Of a DNA stretch of 64,000 nucleotides, positions 55,912 to 64,000 are shown in pieces. Origin of the DNA: a virus. The notes under the pieces were generated by a model. The model was not told the DNA's origin and made no database searches. It saw only the letters and a list, made by a program, of their open reading frames with translations. The translations under genes were made by a program, and so were the position numbers. Position 1 is the first letter of the stretch, and every line of letters begins with the position of its first letter. Where the stretch lies: UHGV virus genome UHGV-0084588. One strand, 5' to 3'.

Positions 55912-58083
55912 TTAACGTGCTTGCGGCAAGAAGATGTTCGCGATCTGGCGTGCTGGAAGCACATCAAACGCAGAGTTGATAAAGCTGCCTTGTGACCATG
56001 CAGATGCCCAGTTCTGTGCCCAAATGCTTCCTTGGATCTTAGCACGCTCTATACCGTTCGTACGCTCGTACAACGTCGCTGCACCCAAACACGCCATAAA
56101 CTCACTGAATTTATTATCGTCGTCCCAAACACCGGTGTCTGTAACGATGGGCATATACATCACACGGGACAAATCGCGGATGGTAACATTGATATCACAA
56201 GACAGTGGAACAGAATCGCCTGGCCGCCAACCTAAACCACCAACACCGAATTGTAAAGACAAAGACGTTACGATAGCATTACGGAACGAGAATCGGCCTT
56301 GTGAGTAACATTCCAAATAAAACGGATGAGTGAATGATTGTTTACCCGTCGCAATTGGACATACCGCGGCGATCCAAAAGGACAGCGGCACTAGAATTTC
56401 CTGGAAGATATCCAGGTCACTTCCCGACCACGCACGTAAAGGTATTGTCAAGTTAATATCGTCACCCGAGGCATCCGAACTGTCCCACACCTCTGGGAAG
56501 TCGATGACGGATGAGTTATATAACGACATAATCCCCGTTAAATGAAGCGTATCTGCTAACCCACGCATTACGGACTTAAAGCCTGTAATTAATGAATCGA
56601 CCGCGTTGAAGCCGGTTTGCCCGCCAGACAAGTTTACTTCAAGTTGACGAGCTTTTGCCGTCATTGAGTTAACTGTACTAGAAATCTCCGGCTCTTTTGT
56701 GGAGTTAGAGAACGAACGAGAGACGGTGTCCTTCCCATCGATTCTCCAGGTCACCCACTGAGAACCGTTGTAGATTTCGGACAGCGCCTGTGCTTTAATC
56801 CCTTCAATCTGTTCGCCAACCACTTTAACAAAGTCGCCGAAGAACGTCTCCATGGTCGATTCTTTGCCTTTATCCGCCCAGGACTGTATCGTATTCTGTT
56901 GTCCCTCGGTGAGGTTACTCGCATCGGCATTTTCCAAATCCTCATTCATTTTGTTTTGGATTTCTGCCGCCTGCGCCTCTAGGTCGCTTGCCGTTCCCCC
57001 AGTTTGTAACCCTGAACTAAACGCATCGAGAACCCCTTTCTCCAGTTCATCAACGCTGTTAATATCTTTACCCGACGCGTCTTTCGCCGCATAACCACCG
57101 CGTTCGGATGCGGCTAACCGTTCCATGTCTTGCAAAGAAACTTCGTAATTTCTCACATCGTCAGAATACGAAGCTGCGCCATATGTGCTATCCAAATAGA
57201 AATTTCGTATCCGCTCGGCGAGATCATCGTCACTTGAGGACTGCTTACGAAGCTCTTTTAAACGTTGATTCTGATAGTTCGCCAAAGTTTGATAACGGTT
57301 GATCATCTTAAAGACATCGAATTCACCGTCTTTTTTCCAAACCTCCGGCAACGCTTCAAACGCATCGTCGCGCGCTTTTTTGTTTCCTTTTCCATCGCCG
57401 TCTTGACTAACCTGGAAGGTACCTAAGATACCCGTAGGAACCAAACGACGATAAACAAGTTGCGTATTCAAGATGTTCTGTACAGCACGCAAATACAGAT
57501 GCATCGTCGGTTTAACGTAATAATAACGCGACGTTTGTTTATTCAACGCTGCCGCGAGAATGCGTGGAGTAATTAAAATTACCGCAAAAGCGACAGTACC
57601 CACCGTTGCCCATATCGCTGCCGCGCCGATATAACTTGCTATCGTACGGATCATTCCCGGATAGTCACCCGTACGCGCTAAATATGCTAAGTTGGAATCG
57701 TACATATTCGCAAAGAACGCGGCCATGCCCAGATATTTCGGCTTTCCGAAACGGCAATGTACGTAAAACGAATTTTGGTTAATACTTTCGTAATAATACG
57801 TCCCTAAGCGATAAGAAGCGGTTGGCATACCGTTAGCCAACGCCTTTTTCTCCGCCTCACGATTACCGGGTCGTGCAAATGCCCCAGTTGATGGGGGGTC
57901 TGCAAACCACGTAAACTGCGGAGGGCTATTAATCGCTTTACTACCGCCCATGGTCGTATCTTCAAAAGACATCATACCGTTAGAGTAGCGTCGCAAGGCC
58001 AGAAAACGTTCATCTCGGCCTTCCAACTCTCCCTTAAATAGATTTCTGACCCAGCTTGAGTCGTTAGCTGATCTAGCGTCCAC
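55912..58083 (-). CDS. Hypothetical protein (723 aa) with internal hydrophobic segments
   Basis: Track ORF; TM-like stretch IASYIGAAAIWATVGTVAFAVILITPRILAAAL; downstream of the giant SLT protein gene. Confidence 0.5.
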   Translation of the reverse strand: MDARSANDSSWVRNLFKGELEGRDERFLALRRYSNGMMSFEDTTMGGSKAINSPPQFTWFADPPSTGAFARPGNREAEKKALANGMPTASYRLGTYYYESINQNSFYVHCRFGKPKYLGMAAFFANMYDSNLAYLARTGDYPGMIRTIASYIGAAAIWATVGTVAFAVILITPRILAAALNKQTSRYYYVKPTMHLYLRAVQNILNTQLVYRRLVPTGILGTFQVSQDGDGKGNKKARDDAFEALPEVWKKDGEFDVFKMINRYQTLANYQNQRLKELRKQSSSDDDLAERIRNFYLDSTYGAASYSDDVRNYEVSLQDMERLAASERGGYAAKDASGKDINSVDELEKGVLDAFSSGLQTGGTASDLEAQAAEIQNKMNEDLENADASNLTEGQQNTIQSWADKGKESTMETFFGDFVKVVGEQIEGIKAQALSEIYNGSQWVTWRIDGKDTVSRSFSNSTKEPEISSTVNSMTAKARQLEVNLSGGQTGFNAVDSLITGFKSVMRGLADTLHLTGIMSLYNSSVIDFPEVWDSSDASGDDINLTIPLRAWSGSDLDIFQEILVPLSFWIAAVCPIATGKQSFTHPFYLECYSQGRFSFRNAIVTSLSLQFGVGGLGWRPGDSVPLSCDINVTIRDLSRVMYMPIVTDTGVWDDDNKFSEFMACLGAATLYERTNGIERAKIQGSIWAQNWASAWSQGSFINSAFDVLPARQIANIFLPQAR

Positions 58084-58090
58084 GTTTTAC

Positions 58091-58124
58091 CTCTAAAAAA
58101 AACGGGGGTAGTTTCCTACCCCCT
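58091..58124 (-). terminator. Intrinsic terminator downstream of the giant SLT protein gene
   Basis: GGGGGTAG-TTTC-CTACCCCC with U8 on the minus strand. Confidence 0.65.
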
Positions 58125-58131
58125 GTTGTTA

Positions 58132-61100
58132 TTACGCCGATTTACGACTAACGTCGAGTTGTGGCGCTGGTTGGGTTATTGACACGTTACGTGACGCCGA
58201 ACCCGGAGCGGTTGACGCAGGGTTAGCCGGTCCGTTTTGCATAGCCTGTGGTCGCTGACGAAGAATTGTTACAATCTCTTTCAGGTAGCCCGCAGACTCT
58301 TTTGCAACCGCCAGCTGCTGTACGCTGATCGGATCACCGCTGTTCACTGTAGAGCCGGTCTGTGCATCGGACGTTACTGTTGGTGCAGGGCGGACTGATT
58401 TCTCCATCTGCTGTCTAGCACCTTCTTTTACTTTAGCAACATCCTCTTCGGCCAGGCCGTCAGCACGAGCGTTTTGACCCACCGTATCTACAACAACTGA
58501 CGCATCACTCGGTGTAACGTCGCCGCCAGGGCTCGGCACAGCCGGACCACCGCCCGTCGCAGCTTTAATGTCATCGGCCCCCATTGCACCTTTATCTGCT
58601 AAGGCTGCATCACGATTCGCCTCGTTCGCAGCTGGCAGGTTATCTGCCGGGCCTGTGATAGACGGATCGTTAGCAGCGCCCGCAGCGATGGCTGGGGATG
58701 ACGGCATTGGCGTTACGCCTGTCGTCAAGTCTTTCACCGATGCCTGATTAGCCGCAATTGCGTTTGTTCCTACTGCACCAATCTTACCACCCATGATGTT
58801 GAGCACTTCATCCAAACTACGCAATTTTCCATTCTTGTAGAAAATTGTGCTGTTTGCCGCGATTTGATCGGCCGATGCACCACGCGATGACGGACCGTTC
58901 GGATCACGCTTCCATTCTTGCAGGAATTTCTTACCGCCACCTTGTCCTAAGAAGTGGTAGAGGTAAACTGCTGCACCAGGAGGATCGATGCCACCTAAAT
59001 CCTTTCTGGCTTTCTCGATATTGTCACGAATATGGCGGACACCAAGCAGAGTATTCGCCCACGGGTCATACTGGTCGGTTTGCGGGATACCGTAACGTCT
59101 AGCGTAAGCTTTCATCTGCGCACCCCAGGTATCGTTGATGAACTGGAACAAGCCAGCCGCAGAACTTCCTTTAGCTTTGATGCCGTATCTAAGTCCTGAT
59201 TCTGCTTGTGCCATTCCCAGAGCTAACGCTGGGGGAACACCCATCATCTTCGCTACATCTGTAATCAGTGCCGCAACCGCATTCAGGTTAGGCTTCAATC
59301 CGTCGCCCAACGTTGAAATTGGATACTTAGCCGCTAACGTTTTATAATCACCGTCTTGCATCTCGCCAAGCTTCACACCGAAGTTACCGGTACTAAACGC
59401 GGCGTAATTCTTAGCTCCCATCTGACCATAAGCACCAGCCAAATCGTTTGGCGTGCCGTAATTCCCACCGTCATTCGCTGCCGGTTGAAGCAGATCGCGA
59501 TAAGAGGAGGAAGTATTCATCTGTTGCCGAGGTGGTTGGTCCTTCTCGTCATCGGTCAAGAACATCTGAGTCGCACGATCTTTTCGCTGCCAGTTCACAC
59601 GGAAACCAGCAGAAGGCGTAGCACGCAGCGTTTTACGTACTGCCAAATCAGCTTCCTTAGACAGTTCTTTCAGATTCTCTAACTCCGTCGCAACTGAACC
59701 AGCGTCAGTGTTAGCATCACCCCCTAACGGGTTAAACGGTACCTCCCACACCGATTGGCGAATACCCCCTTTCAGGTTGTATGCACCACGCATCATCAGT
59801 GCGATTTCATACAAGAACCCGCCTGTAACGCGTAGGTCCATCGGATCGGCAGCAGGGACATAACGTTTCACTCCAACCACGTACGTCATGAAGACAGGTA
59901 AGAAGCGGTTATAGAACCAGTTCTTGTACCGATCTTCTTTTGGCCCACCAATAGCGTCAGGTGCAATCACCGCAATCGCACGTTTCCAGTCTCCTTTATA
60001 CGTACAACTTTTCACATCAGTGTCTTGCAACACTTGACGTTCTAGGAGCGTATAGAGGTTACGGGTTGTTTGAGTAATGCTCACAGCACCATAAGCTTTC
60101 AACCTTACAGATTCCAAATCACGGAGATCGGTTTCTTTAGGTAAGCTTCTCCAGTCAACTTGAACCTGAACTTGTTCGGTGCCGTCTTCCCAACCTTCAA
60201 CCTTTGCAACCTCTTTGTTGCGTTCCGCATCCGCTTGAGCCAACGCTTGGGACGATTCCGCCACAGAAGCAACTTTGTGTCCTTCGGCCACGCCGCCTGT
60301 AGCATTAACATCCTTACGTTTTTCATCACGACGCATGTTAATCGAACGAAGCACGCGTTCTTGTGCTTCAACGACTTCTTCACCTGACAAAAACTCGGCC
60401 GGGGTAAACGTTACGAAATCCCACGCTTTAGAGAACCAACCTTGGTTAACCTTGCGGGGGTCTTCTAATGCACGGAATGCAGGTGCGTCTTTCGACATCT
60501 TCATTTTGTTAAAGATGTTCAACATGTCTGCTTTCGACACTTTCGCTGGATTACCGACGTCAGCTAACGCGATATCGTTATCCATCGATTTCAGTGCCGT
60601 AATCCAACGTAAGTAAATAGGCACAAAACGTTGTAGCATAAACGCACTAAACGCCAGCATTTCGCCTTTGTCTTCTACGTTAGTACCAAACCCTTCGGCC
60701 AGTTTCTTCACGTCGTCACCGGACAAACCACGCAGCTGCGCTTGACCGTTCTCTGTATAAGAGATATACGGTTTCAAGTTGTCTTCTAAATAACGTGCTT
60801 TTGCACCGTCGTCGGAAGACCATTCATCGTGGTCTCTAAAACCGTACTGCGCCAATCGCATGTTATCCAGATACTGGGCATTTACACGGGTTGCAGTTTT
60901 ATACGCAAACCAAGACAGCGCAGCGCCTGCAGCGACCAAGCCAATAATCGGCCAGCCAACCGCAGTTACCACTGCAGATGCCGCTGTCGCGACAGCACTC
61001 ACCGCAGGGACAGCCAAACGGGTCACAGCAAACTTACCAACGTTCCACAACGCTTTGCCTGCAAATCCAACCGGCTTGAAGATTCCCCATTTTGCAACTT

Positions 61101-64000
61101 TACCTAAGATTGAACCCACTGTGCCCAAAATACTCACAATCGGTCCTACCAACGGCAGTCCTTTAAGGAAATCCATTACCCCACGTTTACCACCTTTCTT
61201 CTCAGCCTCTTTCTTAGCCTTTTCCTCTTCCTTAGAACGACGACGGCGTCGGAAGAACTGGAAGTAATCGCGTTTTTCATCACTGGCAGGCGGCTTATTG
61301 CGTTGGCCGAACTTACTGAACATAGTTCTTAACAAACCATCCGAAGCACCTGCTTTTTCCGCAGAATCACGCATGGTGTTAAACCATGACATTTCCTGAA
61401 GATTAACCATTCGGTTCAGGCGTTCCAGTAAAGCTGACCCAACGCTACGGGCTTTCTGTTTCCCTTTATTAATCACACGACCAGCGCTATCCATTACGGT
61501 GTCTAAGTCTTCTTTTGCCGCATCGACGATACGTGTTTTAGACACCTTGCCTCTTGCGTAGATGTGTTGACGGTAAAACTCAGCAACATCGTCATCGCGT
61601 CCTGCTAAACGACTCTCCATTCGATAACGTGTGCCAATATCGAAACGTGGATCACGGAAAGTATCGACCATATCGCTTGCACGACCACGGAAACGATCAA
61701 ACCAACCACGTGCGGCACCGCCCCAACGAGAAAGACGATCGCCTACCGCACCGCGATAACGGGACATTCTGTCACGCATCCGACCACGCCAATCCCGGAA
61801 CCCCTGAAAATGTTCACGGAACCCTTCACGTATGTCTTTAGCACGTTGGAATAATCCTTTAACTGAGCTGGCTCCCGTATTCCGTTCCATCTGTTCTGTC
61901 CAGGTATCATCTTCTGGTTCACCTGGCAATCTCCGGTTAAGGAGTTTGTAGATACGGATTAAGATGTGGTTAGTTTTACGGCCGTTCGACCATGAGAACA
62001 CACTAAACCCACCACCAGAACCCCCTTCCTTACGGTTCTGCCACCAACGTGTCAGAGGGTTATCAGAAGCCAACTCTTTGAGCTTCTCAAACCCGCGTTT
62101 TGCATTGTTCCACAAACGTGCTGGCATTCCCGTTACACGGGAAATCATGCTTTGTAAACGGGTTTTCTCTGCGCCCTCTGGAACCTCATTTAACCACTCA
62201 CGTGCTTTCTCGAACAACGAAGCCGCTTTAGGTGAAATGAAGCCTAAAAGTTTCTTCGGTAAAGTCACAGCTTTGTTTACCGCCGTTCCTGCTTTCCCAG
62301 AAATGTACTGGAAAAGCGCTTGAACTTTACCGCCTTTGTAGAATCGCAGTTTACCTGCGGCAGCCAAATCAGCAGCAGATAAGATTAAATTACCCGCTTC
62401 ATCGACAATATCACGTCCCAGTTTAATATCGTCGAGGGTTTTAAGTTGAATCAGCTTCTCAGTTTTCGGGTCAGCCTGGTAATATTCCCCAGCTTCTAAA
62501 CGACTTCCTTGTAATACGACGTTGCCACGTTCATCGTAAATATCACGAACACCTAAAACGCCTTTACCGAAAGCTACAGCAGAATTCCAACCTGTCGATA
62601 GAGTACCTGTTACTAACCCTTTCAGTCGGCTAAATACACCGGGTCCTTCGGAGGAGCCGCCTGAGAATTTCCCACGGATAAAACCACCTAAAGCCTGCAG
62701 ACGATCTTTCCCACGTAGGAACAGATTCTTACCAAAACGCCCTACACCTGAACCGGTATCCCAAAGCACCCCAGCCCAACGGCGTAACAAGCCTGTCTCG
62801 CCTAGCACAATACGTTTGCGTTTACGACGACGTTTACGACCCGAGTCACTCGAACTTTCAGTTTCGTCACCGTCATCACGACTACCGCCTAAACTGGCTA
62901 GGAGAATACCTTCCTCATCCATGTTCTTAACGTGTTTGAGGATATCTTGCACTGTGCTAGATTCGGGCTGTTTACGTACAGCATCAATCAAACGGTCGAA
63001 TTGCTGTTCCAACCCGGCGTTCGTATCTGGACGACTGCTTAATAGTTCAACAAAGTTAGTGGATTTCTCTCCATAAAGTACCGCAGCGAGTTGACGTGCG
63101 CTTAAACCGCGACCACGACCACCTTTTCCACCGCCACGCACATTGGACAGTTCTTTGTCTTCAAAGCTCGGCTCTGCACCTGCACCCATCCGACGCAAGT
63201 AATCACCCAGCGCAGAACCGTTTTGCAATTTACGCTGAATCTCTTGCTCACGGGTTAACGAACGTCCAGAGCGGGTCTTACCCATCGACAGGTCATTAAA
63301 TAACGTATAGGGATCGTTAATGTCCTTATCGACCTCGAAAATGTCTTTCTTCGCATCGTATTTAAAAATACCGGAATCACGAAGTGCATTCTCGCCGTAA
63401 ATCACAGACGCAGCATCAACAGTGTCCTGACGTGCGCGAATCGTTGACTGGATAGCGGCGATTTTGTTTGAAATCGCGTTGCTCAATTCATGGTGTCCAC
63501 CAACCAGTTCCGCAGAACGGGCTTCTAAAACACCCTGAATCGCTTCCACAGCGTTTGCGTTCATGTACCGATACATGTGCATCGGGTCTTTCAATAAAGA
63601 CCCTACATCGAACGCTTTCCCTTCCGAGGCACGGGATTCGATGTAGTCTGCTAACGCCTGACGTGTTTTCCGATCGAGCGTTTTATCTTTATCGATAAAG
63701 TCGACTGTATCGTTGATGTAAGTCTGTAAACGTTTACGCTGATCGTCATTAGCAACCGCTTTACGAACACGATTACCAATAACTTTACGATCCACCATAC
63801 CGCGTGTGGTCAGGTCATAAACCTGATCGTGGTGTTCACCATATCCACGACGAATAGATTTGTTAATCTCGGACAGTAACGTCGGAATAACTTCAGTGAT
63901 GCTGAGGTAAGCTTTACGATCGAATTTCGCCGCCGCAGAAAGAGATTCCGCAGAGCGATCGTCTAATGCTAACGTTTCGCGACGTAGCGGGTTAACCAAT
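58132..64000 (-). CDS. Giant virion-associated protein with TM segments and lytic transglycosylase (SLT) domain, N-terminus beyond window (>=1955 aa)
   Basis: Frame stays open to the window end (the track M is a TTG codon). Hydrophobic block LPLVGPIVSILGTVGSILG...AVSAVATAASAVVTAVGWPIIGLVAAGAALSWF; SLT motif MGVPPALALGMAQAESGLRYGIKAKGSSAAGLFQF near the C-terminus; Arg/Gly-rich repeats. Confidence 0.65.
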   Translation of the reverse strand, partial: LVNPLRRETLALDDRSAESLSAAAKFDRKAYLSITEVIPTLLSEINKSIRRGYGEHHDQVYDLTTRGMVDRKVIGNRVRKAVANDDQRKRLQTYINDTVDFIDKDKTLDRKTRQALADYIESRASEGKAFDVGSLLKDPMHMYRYMNANAVEAIQGVLEARSAELVGGHHELSNAISNKIAAIQSTIRARQDTVDAASVIYGENALRDSGIFKYDAKKDIFEVDKDINDPYTLFNDLSMGKTRSGRSLTREQEIQRKLQNGSALGDYLRRMGAGAEPSFEDKELSNVRGGGKGGRGRGLSARQLAAVLYGEKSTNFVELLSSRPDTNAGLEQQFDRLIDAVRKQPESSTVQDILKHVKNMDEEGILLASLGGSRDDGDETESSSDSGRKRRRKRKRIVLGETGLLRRWAGVLWDTGSGVGRFGKNLFLRGKDRLQALGGFIRGKFSGGSSEGPGVFSRLKGLVTGTLSTGWNSAVAFGKGVLGVRDIYDERGNVVLQGSRLEAGEYYQADPKTEKLIQLKTLDDIKLGRDIVDEAGNLILSAADLAAAGKLRFYKGGKVQALFQYISGKAGTAVNKAVTLPKKLLGFISPKAASLFEKAREWLNEVPEGAEKTRLQSMISRVTGMPARLWNNAKRGFEKLKELASDNPLTRWWQNRKEGGSGGGFSVFSWSNGRKTNHILIRIYKLLNRRLPGEPEDDTWTEQMERNTGASSVKGLFQRAKDIREGFREHFQGFRDWRGRMRDRMSRYRGAVGDRLSRWGGAARGWFDRFRGRASDMVDTFRDPRFDIGTRYRMESRLAGRDDDVAEFYRQHIYARGKVSKTRIVDAAKEDLDTVMDSAGRVINKGKQKARSVGSALLERLNRMVNLQEMSWFNTMRDSAEKAGASDGLLRTMFSKFGQRNKPPASDEKRDYFQFFRRRRRSKEEEKAKKEAEKKGGKRGVMDFLKGLPLVGPIVSILGTVGSILGKVAKWGIFKPVGFAGKALWNVGKFAVTRLAVPAVSAVATAASAVVTAVGWPIIGLVAAGAALSWFAYKTATRVNAQYLDNMRLAQYGFRDHDEWSSDDGAKARYLEDNLKPYISYTENGQAQLRGLSGDDVKKLAEGFGTNVEDKGEMLAFSAFMLQRFVPIYLRWITALKSMDNDIALADVGNPAKVSKADMLNIFNKMKMSKDAPAFRALEDPRKVNQGWFSKAWDFVTFTPAEFLSGEEVVEAQERVLRSINMRRDEKRKDVNATGGVAEGHKVASVAESSQALAQADAERNKEVAKVEGWEDGTEQVQVQVDWRSLPKETDLRDLESVRLKAYGAVSITQTTRNLYTLLERQVLQDTDVKSCTYKGDWKRAIAVIAPDAIGGPKEDRYKNWFYNRFLPVFMTYVVGVKRYVPAADPMDLRVTGGFLYEIALMMRGAYNLKGGIRQSVWEVPFNPLGGDANTDAGSVATELENLKELSKEADLAVRKTLRATPSAGFRVNWQRKDRATQMFLTDDEKDQPPRQQMNTSSSYRDLLQPAANDGGNYGTPNDLAGAYGQMGAKNYAAFSTGNFGVKLGEMQDGDYKTLAAKYPISTLGDGLKPNLNAVAALITDVAKMMGVPPALALGMAQAESGLRYGIKAKGSSAAGLFQFINDTWGAQMKAYARRYGIPQTDQYDPWANTLLGVRHIRDNIEKARKDLGGIDPPGAAVYLYHFLGQGGGKKFLQEWKRDPNGPSSRGASADQIAANSTIFYKNGKLRSLDEVLNIMGGKIGAVGTNAIAANQASVKDLTTGVTPMPSSPAIAAGAANDPSITGPADNLPAANEANRDAALADKGAMGADDIKAATGGGPAVPSPGGDVTPSDASVVVDTVGQNARADGLAEEDVAKVKEGARQQMEKSVRPAPTVTSDAQTGSTVNSGDPISVQQLAVAKESAGYLKEIVTILRQRPQAMQNGPANPASTAPGSASRNVSITQPAPQLDVSRKSA

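Noticed and set aside
1-64000. CRISPR array or other tandem direct-repeat array
   Set aside because: The repeated hairpins are dispersed, each at a gene boundary with a T tract; no regularly spaced direct repeats with unique spacers were seen.
1-64000. Integrase, transposase or other mobile element / prophage boundary
   Set aside because: No tyrosine or serine recombinase or DDE transposase motifs recognised; gene content and terminator punctuation fit a contiguous virulent phage genome segment.

Overview
The window reads as a gene-dense (>90% coding) segment of a large virulent tailed phage (Caudoviricetes); no integrase, transposase, CRISPR array or tRNA was found. The host is probably enterobacterial, an inference from the E. 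coli-like ThyA and a BhsA/YdgH-family (DUF1471) homolog. Layout: (i) 1-15000, minus strand: three consecutive giant tail-fiber-like genes (>=1200, 1393 and 1440 aa) plus small genes; (ii) 15399-31035, plus strand: an accessory block with a four-gene tandem paralog family, five consecutive signal-peptide proteins, a Rad50/SbcC-like ATPase, tiny membrane peptides, a GNAT, a TARG1/DarG-like macro domain protein and a secreted lytic transglycosylase; (iii) 33103-55275, mostly plus strand: DEDDh exonuclease, RNase HI fusion, two further paralog pairs, many hypotheticals, thymidylate synthase with two insertions, a MazG-like protein; (iv) 55332-64000, minus strand: three genes ending in a giant (>=1955 aa, truncated) protein with transmembrane segments and a lytic transglycosylase domain. 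Transcription units are punctuated by at least 16 intrinsic terminators (plus two T-tract-less hairpins of the same type), many built on a recurring CCCTAC...GTAGGG palindrome, and by a recurring promoter-like motif (AGATATTATC / AGATATATATTAC). The most interesting candidates are the macro domain protein as a possible counter-defence factor, the paralog array, the secreted-protein cluster (one member with an Ivy-like CKxxxCG motif) and the motif-led 420-bp untranslated leader. All functional calls rest on motifs read by eye; no database search was run. Track ORF starts were re-examined because the track translates GTG/TTG starts as M.
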